64,000 nt of DNA from Nitrospirales bacterium (GCA_963555755.3 OY820905.2:608001-672000), one strand, 5' to 3'; counted from the first letter of the stretch, positions 10,486-21,613 are shown. Notes: a model not told the origin generated them from the letters alone. Made by a program: numbers and translations.

Positions 10486-11298
10486 ATGGGTAGCCTTTCC
10501 TCTTCAAGGTCAGATTCCTCAGTTCCCCCCAACCCTTGGGGTGGGCAAACCCTCATTGTCGATCAATCGGATTCAACATCATATCCCCGACCAAGTGCTG
10601 CGCTAAAAGATGCCGGATCCCAGGATCTCATTTATATTCGCCCCGGTCAGTATGAAGATCGTCTGTTCATTTCGGAAAAACCCATACACATCATGGGCGC
10701 TGGCCGTGATCAGGTTCAAATATTTAGCCGTCGAAGCGGACCTCTGTACCTACAAAAAATTCCACGCGGACACATTTCGGGAATTACCTTTCGGTATGTG
10801 GGGAGTGATCAACATTCCGCAATGAACATTCTTGATTCCACCTGCACCATCTCACAATGCCGAGCGACGGAGGGCATTTTATCCGGCATCGTCATCTATG
10901 GCTCACAGTGCCAGCCAACCCTTAGTGACAATGAAGTCTGCGCCAATCGTGAGTCAGGCATTTTCACATTTGGCGGAGCCCGCCCCTACATCACCAAGAA
11001 TGTGTGTTTTGACAATCATCATTTCGGCCTTGCGGTTCGAGACGATGGAAGCCACCCGGATCTCACAAAAAATATCTGCCACCATAATATGCTCAGTGGC
11101 ATCTTGTTATTTCATGGAGCAAAAGCCTTGGTACTCGAAAATACCTGTGAACAGAATTTCCATTGGGGAATTGTCATGACACCAGACAGCCAAACATCTC
11201 CTGAACAGGAACAATTACTTCAAGCCAATACCCTCACACACAATCCACGAGGCGCTCTCATCGTCACCCATGAACCCCTCAGCGAAATTGGCCGATAG
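10486..11298 (+). CDS. Right-handed parallel beta-helix repeat protein
   Basis: Repeats of N-x-C-x-x-N...SGI; IYIRPGQYE start typical of pectin-lyase-like folds. Confidence 0.8.
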   Translation: MGSLSSSRSDSSVPPNPWGGQTLIVDQSDSTSYPRPSAALKDAGSQDLIYIRPGQYEDRLFISEKPIHIMGAGRDQVQIFSRRSGPLYLQKIPRGHISGITFRYVGSDQHSAMNILDSTCTISQCRATEGILSGIVIYGSQCQPTLSDNEVCANRESGIFTFGGARPYITKNVCFDNHHFGLAVRDDGSHPDLTKNICHHNMLSGILLFHGAKALVLENTCEQNFHWGIVMTPDSQTSPEQEQLLQANTLTHNPRGALIVTHEPLSEIGR

Positions 11299-11312
11299 GA
11301 GATGTTGAACCT

Positions 11313-11434
11313 GGGAATGTTGAAAAAAGCCGCCAGCGGCGTTCTCGCCCTTTTGCCGTGCTCACGTACTATGAGTACGCTCCGCGCGTCAAAGCGCCTG
11401 CGGCCTTGCTGAGCGCACCTTTTTGAACCTCTCC
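11313..11434. mobile_element. MITE family A, copy 1
   Basis: TIR gggaatgttgaaaaa; core gccgtgctcacgtact...agtacgctccgcgcg seen 6 times in the window. Confidence 0.8.
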
Positions 11435-11566
11435 TGTCTGGCTTTTGTGGGTTCCTAAAAAAATGGAAGGGGTTTTGGAAATCTACGCGCAAAGATTATG
11501 GGTCTGTTGAATATTCAGGTCCATGACCCATAGGTACTCCAGGGAAGCCGGCTCGCATCAGTGGGA

Positions 11567-11712
11567 GGGAATGTTCAAAAAAGCATGCCCTGAGTCTTTC
11601 CGAAGGGTCTATCCAGCAAGGCCGCAGCCCTTTTGACGCGCGGAGCGTACTCTCAGTACGTGAGCACGGCAAAAGGGCGAGAACGCCGCTGGCGGCTTTT
11701 TTCAACATTCCC
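11567..11712. mobile_element. MITE family A, copy 2 (inverted relative to copy 1; REP-like insert)
   Basis: Same TIR and core; extra gcatgccctgagtctttccgaaggg. Confidence 0.8.
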
Positions 11713-11713
11713 A

Positions 11714-12091
11714 TTATGGACGACGAAGAAAGCCAATGGCCAACCACACCCAGCCCGTCAGGAAAAATAGGCCACCAAGGGGCGTGATGGCGCCAAGCCA
11801 TCGAGTATCAGAAAGAGCTAGCACATAGAGGCTACCTGAAAAAAATACAATTCCTAAGACAAACGCCCAAGCCGCATTTCGAAAAATCTTTGATTCATAT
11901 TGAGCGTACGCCCAGCCGGAAAACAATAACGCCAGGGAATGGAACATCTGATAGCGTACCGCTGTTTCAAACACCTCCATCATACGTTCGGAAAGTATTG
12001 GCCTGAGCATATGAGCCCCAAAGGCTCCAATCGCCACAGCAATACCAGCCAACACAGCACCCAACGCTAAGATCTGTCTTCCTGTCATCAT
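11714..12091 (-). CDS. DUF423-family membrane protein
   Basis: GAFGAH, YQMFH, FSGSLY, GAITPLGG; start placed at ATG 12091 after gagga RBS. Confidence 0.9.
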   Translation of the reverse strand: MMTGRQILALGAVLAGIAVAIGAFGAHMLRPILSERMMEVFETAVRYQMFHSLALLFSGWAYAQYESKIFRNAAWAFVLGIVFFSGSLYVLALSDTRWLGAITPLGGLFFLTGWVWLAIGFLRRP

Positions 12092-12108
12092 GTTCCTCAT
12101 CAATGTAT

Positions 12109-12338
12109 GGGCCTGTTGAAAAAGCATGCCCTGAGTCTGGCCGAAGGGTCCGCCAGCGGCGTTCTCGGCCCTTTGTCGTGCTCACGTACTTTGAGTACGC
12201 TCCGCGCGCCAAGCCTACTCCGCCGAAGTAGCCTTTGGCTACGAAGGCCGGGAGTGCCTGCGGCCTTGCCTGTGGAAGGGCGCGTCTTGGCGAACCTGGG
12301 TTGGGCGGGTCAGACAACGGGCCTTTTTGAACAGGCCC
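12109..12338. mobile_element. MITE family A, copy 3, with three internal palindromic inserts
   Basis: TIR gggcctgttgaaaaag/ctttttgaacaggccc; ~100 bp longer than other copies. Confidence 0.8.
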
Positions 12339-12418
12339 TTTGCCGGTGATGATTCATATGTATTAGTCAGATAAGGGTCTCACTCTAAATATTTTGAATT
12401 ATTCAAAAGCCCCTGTAT

Positions 12419-12640
12419 TTAAGGAGAACTCACGGTGGGAATGATTCGTCCCCAATGGATGCGTTGCCACATTCGCTCGTGTCCCCAATACAGGCCTATT
12501 TTAGCCAAAGAATCAATTGACCCCACAATGACTGCTGCTGTCAATTCTCCCGAGTAGATAAACACCACCATGGTGGTAACCATGGTGGCGATTACTCTCC
12601 AACTGATGCCTTTCGCCACACTCCGTAGATGCGTTTCCAT
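12419..12640 (-). CDS. DUF2061-family small membrane protein
   Basis: RSVAKGISWR, YWGHERMW. Confidence 0.88.
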   Translation of the reverse strand: METHLRSVAKGISWRVIATMVTTMVVFIYSGELTAAVIVGSIDSLAKIGLYWGHERMWQRIHWGRIIPTVSSP

Positions 12641-12674
12641 AGGGACTCCTAAATCTCAAAAGCAGGCGACACAG

Positions 12675-13154
12675 CTACGAATGGGCCGGCGCCTTTATCT
12701 TGGGTTTCTTCGCGGTCTTTGGTGCACCCTGTGTGGATTGCGCAAAATCCTGCAAGGAATAATGGTCGAGCACGCCAGCAATGGCGTTTCGAACTTCCAG
12801 CATCGGCATTTTAATCGGACATTGCGGCGCATTCGCATACGGACAATCTTGACACGTTTGATAGGCGGTCTGACTCACGCAGGGAATGGGCGCGAGAGGG
12901 CCATCCAACGCGCGAATAATCGAGCCCAGCGAAATCTGTTCAGGTTTTTTAATGAGTCGAAACCCACCGTCCACACCGGGACGACTCGCCAACACACCCG
13001 CGTGTTTCAACTGGAGAAGGATAGACTCCAAAAATCCCATGGGAATGTGTTGCCGTTCCGCGATATCAGATCGGCGGACCGGTCGTTGGCCATAGGCCTC
13101 CGTCAATTGCAACAAGGCGCGCAATGCGTATTCACTTTTTTTAGAAAATCTCAT
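12675..13154 (-). CDS. Rrf2-family transcriptional regulator
   Basis: SKKSEYALRAL, SRPGVDGGFRL, Cys-rich CVS...CQDCP...C segment. Confidence 0.92.
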   Translation of the reverse strand: MRFSKKSEYALRALLQLTEAYGQRPVRRSDIAERQHIPMGFLESILLQLKHAGVLASRPGVDGGFRLIKKPEQISLGSIIRALDGPLAPIPCVSQTAYQTCQDCPYANAPQCPIKMPMLEVRNAIAGVLDHYSLQDFAQSTQGAPKTAKKPKIKAPAHS

Positions 13155-13359
13155 AATTTCTAATAATGTTAGCTATTTTTATTAATAATTAAAAAAAACG
13201 CACCCATTTGTCAACAAACTAAGGGGCACGCCCCTTGGAGCATCCCCACAAAGGATGCACACTCCTTCCAATCCCGCAGTCGGAGGTTCAAAGGCTATTC
13301 ATACTATAAATTGAACTATTGTCGGTGTGTAGGCTTGCTAGCCGAAACTGTGCGAAGGT

Positions 13360-13435
13360 TGGTGGAGGGCAGGGGACTTGAACCCCTGACCCCAACGTTG
13401 CGAACGTTGTGCTCTCCCAACTGAGCTAGCCCCCC
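13360..13435 (-). tRNA. tRNA-Ala(CGC)
   Basis: 76-nt cloverleaf, G3:U70 pair, anticodon CGC, TTCAA loop, encoded CCA. Confidence 0.96.
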
Positions 13436-13507
13436 ACAATTTTGAATCAGAATTGTTTTCGGCAATCGAAGAAAATCACTTTATCAAAAGGTCCATACCC
13501 CTGCAAT

Positions 13508-14140
13508 TTATGAAGTCAACTCAAGAATTCTCACCTTCTTATCCTCAACACACAACCGTCTTTCAGCAAATAATTGGACTGCATGGGGGTACAACACATG
13601 CTCCTGCTCAAGAATGCGCGCAGAAAGAATGTCTACCGTGTCATCCTCATTAACGGGTACGCCGGTTTGTAAAATAATCGGCCCTTCATCGACCCCTTCC
13701 GTGACAAAATGCACGGTGCACCCTGAAATTTTCACGCCTGCGTCCAATGCCTGTGTTTGGGCGTTCAGACCAGGAAAGGCCGGGAGAAGCGACGGATGAA
13801 TATTCATCATTTGCCATTGATACGCATCGATCAGAACCGACGTGACAATTTTCATGTACCCCGCGAGTAGAACCAGTTGGACATCATGGCCCTTTAGCAC
13901 CTCCAGAATTTTCTGGTCGTACGCTTTTCGGGGTTGCGCCTCCCCTGCTACCGATTTCGGATCGAGAAAAATTCCCTTCATGCCATGTCGGTGGGCCCGC
14001 TCTAAGGCCATCGCATCGGGGTTATTACTCACCACTACAGCGATGGTCGCATCAAGTGTCTTGGTGTCGATGGCGTCAATGAGGGCTTGAAGATTTGAAC
14101 CACGACCGGAGGCAAGGACACCTAACCGAAGGGGGATCAT
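13508..14140 (-). CDS. purN: Phosphoribosylglycinamide formyltransferase
   Basis: [22 protein letters not shown]. Confidence 0.97.
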   Translation of the reverse strand: MIPLRLGVLASGRGSNLQALIDAIDTKTLDATIAVVVSNNPDAMALERAHRHGMKGIFLDPKSVAGEAQPRKAYDQKILEVLKGHDVQLVLLAGYMKIVTSVLIDAYQWQMMNIHPSLLPAFPGLNAQTQALDAGVKISGCTVHFVTEGVDEGPIILQTGVPVNEDDTVDILSARILEQEHVLYPHAVQLFAERRLCVEDKKVRILELTS

Positions 14141-15186
14141 GCGTTCCCTTTAGAGGAATACGTGACAGAAGGCGAGCGTTGTGGATCTTCTACGATTTGC
14201 CCTATTCCCATCGCTTGCTCACCGAGTGCATTGGCGCGATCAATCACCGCCTGTTCTTGCTCCGCTGACACAACTAACACAAAACCAATGCCCATATTAA
14301 ACACCCGATACATCTCATCTTCTTCAACCTGCCCAAATTTTTGAATGTGAGAAAAAATCGGCGGGATGGGCCACGTGTTTTTGCGAATGTCCGCCCGGCA
14401 CCCTTGAGGTAAGACTCGGGGCACATTCCTGGTTATTCCGCCACCCGTGATATGGGCAAGACCATGAATTGAAAAATCTTTAATCAATGGCAATATTGTT
14501 TTGACGTAAATCCTGGTTGGCGTGAGTAGGGTCTCTCCTAACGTGTTATCCATCCCATCCAACGAACTGTCCAAGGATAACTCTGCCTGTTCAAGCAACA
14601 CACGTCGCGCCAAAGAAAACCCGTTGCTATGAAGCCCCGATGAGGCCAACCCGATTACCGCGTCACCTGGTTGAATCTTTTTCCCAGTGAGAATCGCCTC
14701 CCGTTCGACCACACCCACGGAAAACCCCGCAAGGTCGTATTCCCCTTTTTGATAAAAGGAAGGAAGCTCTGCCGTCTCTCCCCCAATTAATGAACAGCCC
14801 GCTTGCCGACACCCTTCGGCAATCCCCTGCACTATGGCTTCAGCTTTTGATACCACCAACTCCCCGACGGCTAAATAATCCAGGAAAAATAGCGGCTCGG
14901 CTCCGCTGACGATGATATCATTCACACACATCGCCACGAGATCAATGCCAACCGTGTCATGTCGATCCATGAGAAACGCCAGTTTGAGTTTTGTCCCGAC
15001 GCCATCGGTTCCTGATACCAGCACGGGATCAACATACCGTTCAGCCCCGAGCCGAAATAACCCTCCAAAGGCACCGATATCCCCCAGAACCTCAGGCCGA
15101 AACGTGGATCTGGCAAGTGGCCGAATACGCCGGACCACTTCTTCTCCGGCTTCGATATCAACCCCAGCTTGACGATAATCAGTCAT
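14137..15186 (-). CDS. purM: Phosphoribosylformylglycinamidine cyclo-ligase
   Basis: [30 protein letters not shown]. Confidence 0.97.
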   Translation of the reverse strand: MTDYRQAGVDIEAGEEVVRRIRPLARSTFRPEVLGDIGAFGGLFRLGAERYVDPVLVSGTDGVGTKLKLAFLMDRHDTVGIDLVAMCVNDIIVSGAEPLFFLDYLAVGELVVSKAEAIVQGIAEGCRQAGCSLIGGETAELPSFYQKGEYDLAGFSVGVVEREAILTGKKIQPGDAVIGLASSGLHSNGFSLARRVLLEQAELSLDSSLDGMDNTLGETLLTPTRIYVKTILPLIKDFSIHGLAHITGGGITRNVPRVLPQGCRADIRKNTWPIPPIFSHIQKFGQVEEDEMYRVFNMGIGFVLVVSAEQEQAVIDRANALGEQAMGIGQIVEDPQRSPSVTYSSKGNA

Positions 15187-15207
15187 ACATGAGTCCCGAC
15201 AAATTAA

Positions 15208-16512
15208 TTATTGAAGAATGAATTCCACGAGCGTTTCGATGTGCGCGGTTTGGGGAAACATATCAAAAAGTTGCACACGACTCATCTGATAGCCTGCCGC
15301 ACCCAAACGTTTCGCATCCCGCGCTAATGATGCCGCATCGCATGAAACATAAAAAATCCGACTCGATTTGGTTTGAATCAACGATTCAACACACGTCTTA
15401 CTGAGCCCTGCTCTTGGCGGATCCACCAGAACCACATCATAGTCTTCAGGTGGCGCCTGTCGTAAAAATTCTTCCGCGGTGGATGGCCGAAACCGACACC
15501 GGCCTATGTGATTCTGGGATGCAGATTTCCGAGCATCCGCGATCGCGTAAGGATTTTCTTCTACCACGGTAACCAACGCTCCCCTCCTGGCCAATGACAA
15601 TCCCAGACAACCTACGCCAGCAAATAATTCCAGAATTCGTGTCTGCGCGCATTCTCCAAGCCATTCTTCTAAGGTGTGATACATCATGGCATAGACTGAC
15701 CAATTGGCTTGCATGAACGACCGATCACTTATTCGAAAGGAGGCTGCATGAAATTGTTCAAACAGATGATCGTCCCCAGTGACCAGACGAACGGGAGCAT
15801 GCTTCCTTCGTGCTGGAGGAGCATCAGACGTCACGACGCATCCTGACACACTCGGAATTTCTTGAAAGGTCTTGAGGATGGATTCAGCTTGCCCTTGGTT
15901 GAGCCTGGGAGATTTAATAATCAACAGATGACTGCCAAAGGCAGCGGAGGCACGCACCTCAAGACTAGACAGAAACGCTGGCAAACGGGACAAGGCGCCC
16001 AAACGGGTTTTTACCTCCTCGACCACTAATCGAATGGATTCAGGAATGAGCAAACACCCGGTCGCTTCAACCGGTTGGTGCGAACGCTCCCGAAGAAACC
16101 CTAGTTGAAAGGTATTGTGTTCTTGAAACACCGAAAACCGAACCCACCGTCGGTACTCATACGGAAAGGGCGACGGCACGGGTGGCAACCATGCTTGAGG
16201 GGAAACCTGTCCAATCCGTCCAAAGGCCTCTTCCAGCATCTGCTGTTTAAAACGAAGCTGCGCTTCGTAGCGAACGTGCTGAAATTGGCATCCGCCACAT
16301 TGTTCATAGACAAGACATGGAGCAGCAATTCGGTCTGGTGAGGCTTCTTGGATTTGATCCAATGCGGCGAACTGGTATCCCTGACGCGAGGGCTTCGGCG
16401 TCACCATAACCAGTTCATCGGGCAAGACCCCGCGAACGAAGGTAACTTGTGACTCAATGTGAGTCAATCCCCATCCGCCCGCGACGATTCGCTCAATTTT
16501 GTAACTACTCAT
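15208..16512 (-). CDS. rlmD: RNA m5U methyltransferase (RlmD/TrmA family)
   Basis: CGGCQFQH Fe-S motif, DPPRAG, YVSC, DMFPQTAHIE. Confidence 0.85.
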   Translation of the reverse strand: MSSYKIERIVAGGWGLTHIESQVTFVRGVLPDELVMVTPKPSRQGYQFAALDQIQEASPDRIAAPCLVYEQCGGCQFQHVRYEAQLRFKQQMLEEAFGRIGQVSPQAWLPPVPSPFPYEYRRWVRFSVFQEHNTFQLGFLRERSHQPVEATGCLLIPESIRLVVEEVKTRLGALSRLPAFLSSLEVRASAAFGSHLLIIKSPRLNQGQAESILKTFQEIPSVSGCVVTSDAPPARRKHAPVRLVTGDDHLFEQFHAASFRISDRSFMQANWSVYAMMYHTLEEWLGECAQTRILELFAGVGCLGLSLARRGALVTVVEENPYAIADARKSASQNHIGRCRFRPSTAEEFLRQAPPEDYDVVLVDPPRAGLSKTCVESLIQTKSSRIFYVSCDAASLARDAKRLGAAGYQMSRVQLFDMFPQTAHIETLVEFILQ

Positions 16513-16542
16513 TTTTTAGTGGAACCTGAAGTTCCATCGCTA

Positions 16543-16862
16543 GGACTTGTCCAAAAATAACTTGAGTTTTTTAGTCTCATCTTCACGCCATCTTTGACCG
16601 ATCTTTGTGCCAAAAAACCTTGAAATATCTCGATATTCCGGCGCCTTTTCGTCACAACGATCAATCAAACCTAACATAAATCTGAGCCTCAAAACTCAAG
16701 GGCACCTCTAAAAACCGTCCTTTTCCGTGATGGCGGCGTCAGCCGCGTGCTCAAATCCTCATGTATTCGCCCATACACTCCGGTTTTCCGCGCACAGCTT
16801 CCTTGCCCTCACAAAAAATGCCGGGTTTTTAGAGGTGCCCTCAAGTTATTTTTGACAAGTCC
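16543..16862. mobile_element. C-like MITE containing a nested family D MITE (16700-16840)
   Basis: Outer TIR ggacttgtc.aaaaataacttgag; inner TIR gggcacctctaaaaacc flanked by duplicated tcaa. Confidence 0.8.
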
Positions 16863-16893
16863 TTCGTGCGAAACAGATTCGTTACCGTGAGGG

Positions 16894-18267
16894 TCAGGCT
16901 TCAGGCCGAAGTTCGACATTCAACAATTTAATCTTTCGATGTAAGTGACTGCGCTCAATCTTTAAGTCGTCAGCGGTCTTGGAGACTTTCCATCCATTAT
17001 CCCGAAGCCGATGCGTGATATATTCCCGCTCAAACGCATGTCGTGCCTCTCGCAATGACTCATACGAGTCTAAGGCACTGACTCGTTGAACAGACCCATC
17101 CGATCCGCCCGGCATAAAGGGAATGACATCGGAGGCGTCAATCACAGGTTTGGGTACCATGATCATCAAACGCTCGACCTGATTCCGAAGCTCACGAATG
17201 TTACCTGGCCAGTCGTGCCGAGCCAGCACTTGGAGTGCCCCATCAGTCACCTCTTTGAGCTTCATTCCCTGTTCTTCACCATGCACGCGCAGAAAATGTC
17301 GAACGAGTACCGGAATATCTTCACATCTATTCCGAAGCGGGGGCACCTCAATCGGTAACACATTAAGTCGATAGAATAAGTCTTCTCGAAACTTCCCCTT
17401 TTCAATTTCCTGCCGAAGGTCCTTATTCGAAGCCGCGATCACCCGAACATTCACTTTAATGAGCTTGCTACCTCCGATCCGTGTGAATTCCTGTTCCTGT
17501 AAGACTCGAAGGACTTTGGCCTGGGTGGCCACACTCATGTCGGCAATTTCATCTAAAAAGAGTGTGCCCCCATCAGCTAAATCAAATTTTCCGCGGCGCT
17601 GAGACACCGCACCAGTGAACGCACCACGTTCATGACCAAACAGTTCGGTTTCAATGAGGGTTTCCGGAATTGCAGCACAATTGACTTCCACAAACGACCG
17701 ATTGTAGCGTGGGCTCTGAAGATGAATGGCTCGGGCCACGAGTTCCTTCCCCGTCCCATTCTCTCCGGAAATAAGCACCCGACTGTTGGTGGGAGCCGCC
17801 GCGGCAATTTGCTGTCGCAGCGTTTCCATGACACGGGAATCCCCAACTAGTTCATAATGCCGTTCAACCTTGAAGCGTAAATTAAAATTTTCCTCCTCCA
17901 GTGTACGTTGATGGAGGGCGTTTCGAACGAGAATCGTGACTTTCTCGAGATCGAGTGGCTTCTCAAGGTAATCATACGCTCCAAGTTTCGTCGCCTTGAC
18001 CGCGGTCTCTACCGACCCATGACCGGACATCATCACGACCATCAAGTGAGGAAACTGGTGTCGGATACGCTTCAATATTTCCAATCCATCGATCTCCGGC
18101 ATCCAAATATCGAGAATCACGAGATCTGGCAGTTCAGCGCGAATCTGCTTTAAGGCTTCAGCCCCACTCTTGGCGAGCGACACCTGATACCCTTCATCCT
18201 CGAGAATACTGCTCAGCATATTCAGAATGGATGGTTCGTCATCAACGATGCAAATAGTCCCGGACAT
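16894..18267 (-). CDS. ntrX: sigma54-dependent response regulator (NtrX/NtrC family)
   Basis: Receiver domain, GENGTGKE, GAFTGA, WPGNIREL, Fis HTH; ATG 18267 has aaggag RBS. Confidence 0.85.
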   Translation of the reverse strand: MSGTICIVDDEPSILNMLSSILEDEGYQVSLAKSGAEALKQIRAELPDLVILDIWMPEIDGLEILKRIRHQFPHLMVVMMSGHGSVETAVKATKLGAYDYLEKPLDLEKVTILVRNALHQRTLEEENFNLRFKVERHYELVGDSRVMETLRQQIAAAAPTNSRVLISGENGTGKELVARAIHLQSPRYNRSFVEVNCAAIPETLIETELFGHERGAFTGAVSQRRGKFDLADGGTLFLDEIADMSVATQAKVLRVLQEQEFTRIGGSKLIKVNVRVIAASNKDLRQEIEKGKFREDLFYRLNVLPIEVPPLRNRCEDIPVLVRHFLRVHGEEQGMKLKEVTDGALQVLARHDWPGNIRELRNQVERLMIMVPKPVIDASDVIPFMPGGSDGSVQRVSALDSYESLREARHAFEREYITHRLRDNGWKVSKTADDLKIERSHLHRKIKLLNVELRPEA

Positions 18268-18371
18268 CCTACAACCACTCCTTAGCCATGCCATGAAAGA
18301 AAAAAAATATGGTCACAACACACAACGCATGAGTCAATGATATCACTACTGAGGGGCCAGATGTCACACCC

Positions 18372-20702
18372 TTAGGCTATGGGCAATTCAAGAGAAAACA
18401 CGGCACCTCGTGGCTGATGATTGGCCGCCTGAATCGTGCCATTATGGTCGGTCACGATGCGATGGACAATTGCCAGACCTAAGCCCGTGCCCGCCCTTCG
18501 CTTGGAAAAATATGGCATGAATAATTTATCCTGATCCTCGTGGCGAATGCCCGGCCCTTCGTCGGCCACGGTAATCTTCACGTATTGACGTTTCCAATCC
18601 ATTTCGGTCGTGACCCACAGCCGACCCTGTTGTTCCATGGCCTGCATGGCATTGTCAAATAAATTCACAAAGACCCGTCGCATTTGCTCTTGATCCATAT
18701 TGACGAGAGGTAAGGTGGGATCGAGGGAAAGAAGAAATTCAATGTTGTGATGCCCACCCGTATACAGCGCCACCACTTTTTCAATCACCTCGTGGAGCGA
18801 CGCTCGAACCATATGAGGAGCTGGCAGGCGGGCAAATTTTGAAAACTCATCGACCATTCGCTTGAGGCTTCCGACTTCATTCACGATGACACTCGTGGAT
18901 TGATCGAAAATATCATTAAAATCGGGAGCACCCTCAAAAAACTTTTTTCTCAACCGTTGCGCCGCAAGTTGGATCGGGGTCAATGGATTCTTAATTTCAT
19001 GGGCAATACGCTGGGCGACTTCTTGCCACGCCGCGGTTTTTTGCGCTTTAATCAACTCGGTACGGTCTTCAAATACCAACACAAACCCCAAATCCTTTCC
19101 GGACTCATTCCTCATCCGCGACAGATTCAATCCTATGGTTAATAATTTTCCTTGAACGTCCATTTGTCCTTCGAGGGTTAAGCTGTCTCGTCCATCCACG
19201 AGGATTCGATCATAGGCTTCTTGAAACAAATGAAAATGATTCGCTTTAAACACATCAAACACCGGACGGCTCCGAACCTCGTCGGCCCCAACACCGAGAA
19301 TGCGTTCAGCAGAATGATTGAACGTCGTGATGGCCGCATGAACGTCAATGGACAACACCCCCGATGCAATGGTTTCCACGACAGCTTCGGTATAGGCCCG
19401 CCGCCGATCCGCTTCGATGTTCGAATGCACCAGGGATTGATTGGCTTCTTCGAGTTCGGCTTTGCCAGTGGAAAGATCCGCGGCCATGCGATTAAACGAA
19501 TCGATTAAGGTGCCGATTTCATCAGTCGCGCTGACCGCAATACGCACACGTAAATCTCCACGCGCGACGGCTTCTGTGCCTTCAGCTAATTTTTGAATCG
19601 GCACAGTAATGCCGCGAGCCACATAAAACCCAAACCATGTTGCACTAAATACTAGCAGGACCGTCACTACGGCCACGAATAAATAGGCCCCGGCTTTGAT
19701 GGGATTTTCCATGGCTTTTATTTGACGAAACTCACTGTACTGGCGGGCGATGCCTTCCATTTTGGCCAGCAAGGCTTCCGGCACATATGTGCCGACCACG
19801 GCCACACCTTCGATGCCATCGGGATCATGGCTGGAGGAAATGGGAACCGCGGCTCGGATCAGACGCCCAACGGGGGCTTCCTGAACAGCGGTCAACGCTG
19901 TCCCCGTATCCAGCACCTTTAACACTAACTGGCCCGCAGGTAGATTCAACACCGAATTCGGTACGTCCGGATCAACCATCCGAGCCAGGGTTTCAAGCTT
20001 CGATGAAAAAATTTCGATACTGGTTAAATTGAACTCACCTCGTTTTCGAGCCATGGCGGCCATTAATATTTCCCGATGGTCAGGCTGCAACATGTCTTCC
20101 CGAAAAACTTCTTTGCTGATCGCCTGCGCGCTTTTCGTGGCCAACGCCATGTGACCTTCGTGATACATTCTGGCCATTTGCTCAGAATCTTTCAGCACCT
20201 GTTCGATATGATTGTTAAACCACACCTTCATGACTTCGCTAATCACCCCACTTGCCACAAAGGCCAATAGCAAGGTGGGAATCAGGGAAAAGCCAATAAA
20301 GGCAGCAATCAATTTTGTTCGAAAGCCAGAACCCAGCAGCCGGTGCCGCCGTTCAAAATATGCTTTGATTAAATTCCGCGACAGTAACAGGGTGAGCACA
20401 ACCAGCCCCACCACATCCAAATACACCAGAAATAACACAAGAGCATAACTCGCACTTGGAAGGAGTGAATCGGATTTGGGCATTCCGGTCATGCCATATC
20501 TGGCATAGTACATGGTGAGGAGCAGACTGGAGATAAGGAGAAGCAGGACGATCCAGACGGGTTTCAGGTGAAGATGTTTCGCCTTGTCGTCATCCCGAAT
20601 GAACCGCTCTCGTAATTTCGAGGATGGTAAAAGCCGGGGAACTAATTTTGACGGTGATGCCATGACAACCATTCCAGAGACGCGGTGCCAAATGGCACCC
20701 AT
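18372..20702 (-). CDS. ntrY: HAMP-PAS sensor histidine kinase (NtrY family)
   Basis: AWQEVAQRIAHEIKNPLTPI, GTGLGLAIV, N-terminal TM segments. Confidence 0.88.
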   Translation of the reverse strand: MGAIWHRVSGMVVMASPSKLVPRLLPSSKLRERFIRDDDKAKHLHLKPVWIVLLLLISSLLLTMYYARYGMTGMPKSDSLLPSASYALVLFLVYLDVVGLVVLTLLLSRNLIKAYFERRHRLLGSGFRTKLIAAFIGFSLIPTLLLAFVASGVISEVMKVWFNNHIEQVLKDSEQMARMYHEGHMALATKSAQAISKEVFREDMLQPDHREILMAAMARKRGEFNLTSIEIFSSKLETLARMVDPDVPNSVLNLPAGQLVLKVLDTGTALTAVQEAPVGRLIRAAVPISSSHDPDGIEGVAVVGTYVPEALLAKMEGIARQYSEFRQIKAMENPIKAGAYLFVAVVTVLLVFSATWFGFYVARGITVPIQKLAEGTEAVARGDLRVRIAVSATDEIGTLIDSFNRMAADLSTGKAELEEANQSLVHSNIEADRRRAYTEAVVETIASGVLSIDVHAAITTFNHSAERILGVGADEVRSRPVFDVFKANHFHLFQEAYDRILVDGRDSLTLEGQMDVQGKLLTIGLNLSRMRNESGKDLGFVLVFEDRTELIKAQKTAAWQEVAQRIAHEIKNPLTPIQLAAQRLRKKFFEGAPDFNDIFDQSTSVIVNEVGSLKRMVDEFSKFARLPAPHMVRASLHEVIEKVVALYTGGHHNIEFLLSLDPTLPLVNMDQEQMRRVFVNLFDNAMQAMEQQGRLWVTTEMDWKRQYVKITVADEGPGIRHEDQDKLFMPYFSKRRAGTGLGLAIVHRIVTDHNGTIQAANHQPRGAVFSLELPIA

Positions 20703-20790
20703 TGTTTAAATCGTTGAAAAGATTTTTTATTCTCTGTTTCGAAAATCGTCAGATGGTAGGCGGGAACTGAAAGGCCAAGCCACTCTTCCC

Positions 20791-20953
20791 GCACCCTTCC
20801 GCCTTACACCTTCCGTTGCACGAAGGCCATTTTTCCTTTTCTCTATAGATGGGTAGCCCACAGAACCATGGATTCGTGTCTGCTGTATTGTAAGCGGGAT
20901 GGAGTAGGATTGAAATGGCCTTCAACCCCATTGAAGGAGATACGGCGGTGTGC
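20791..20953. other. ~160-nt long imperfect hairpin (REP doublet or ncRNA)
   Basis: Nested complementary arms ccgcc/ggcgg and gaaggccattt/aaatggccttc. Confidence 0.5.
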
Positions 20954-20968
20954 ACAAATAGGTACTAA

Positions 20969-21125
20969 GGGTTCGCACAAGAATACCTTCCCAGGTTGGG
21001 GCGTCGATCCATCCATTCTGGCGACGTAGCTCGTCTTTTCCACACGCGGAGTATGCGCAGTCCTCGCGCTTTGCCAGACAGGTGTCTCAGCACCCAAACC
21101 TGGCAAGGTATTCTTGCGCGAACCC
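20969..21125. mobile_element. MITE family B, copy 2
   Basis: TIR gggttcgc.caagaatacc; overlaps the stop codon of the DUF1844 gene by 1 bp. Confidence 0.8.
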
Positions 21126-21547
21126 TAGGACGTAGGGTTTTTACCCGAGGCCGCCTCGACGTATTTCATGCGCAGGGTATACAGCATGTCCTTCATGACC
21201 GCGGCCTCATCCGAAGTTAAATTTCCTTTGGTTTTCTCTTCCAGAATCGAGAGAATGTCCACAATTTCCTTTGCCTGCGGCAAGTTCACCGGAGCATGGG
21301 GCTGATCAGGGCTCAATTTTTCCCCCATAAGCATTAAGGCCGAGGTTCCCAGGGAAAAAACAAATGAGGAAAATGCGAGCGGAGGAGCAGGTTCGTGGGT
21401 GTGTTCAGAGGCGGTTTGGGTATCTTGGGTTACCTCAGAACCTGGCGAAGAGGACGAAGGTGTTGCGGTTGAAGAAGGTTCTTCGCGAAATTGCCCGCGC
21501 TTATCACGAATAACAAACCCTTGTTGTTCTTCTTCCTCCTCAGGCAC
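21125..21547 (-). CDS. DUF1844-family protein
   Basis: FVIRDKR, NLPQAKEIVDILSILEEKTKGNL. Confidence 0.88.
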   Translation of the reverse strand: MPEEEEEQQGFVIRDKRGQFREEPSSTATPSSSSPGSEVTQDTQTASEHTHEPAPPLAFSSFVFSLGTSALMLMGEKLSPDQPHAPVNLPQAKEIVDILSILEEKTKGNLTSDEAAVMKDMLYTLRMKYVEAASGKNPTS

Positions 21548-21613
21548 GGCAACACCCCTTGATTATTGGAAAATGGAAATTATCACAATCCCCTTGAGCC
21601 CGCAAGATGGCTA

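Noticed and set aside
11220..12349. Short ORFs containing ASGVLALLPCSRT-like peptides (also near 23357, 42388, 60139)
   Set aside because: Translations of MITE family A, not genes
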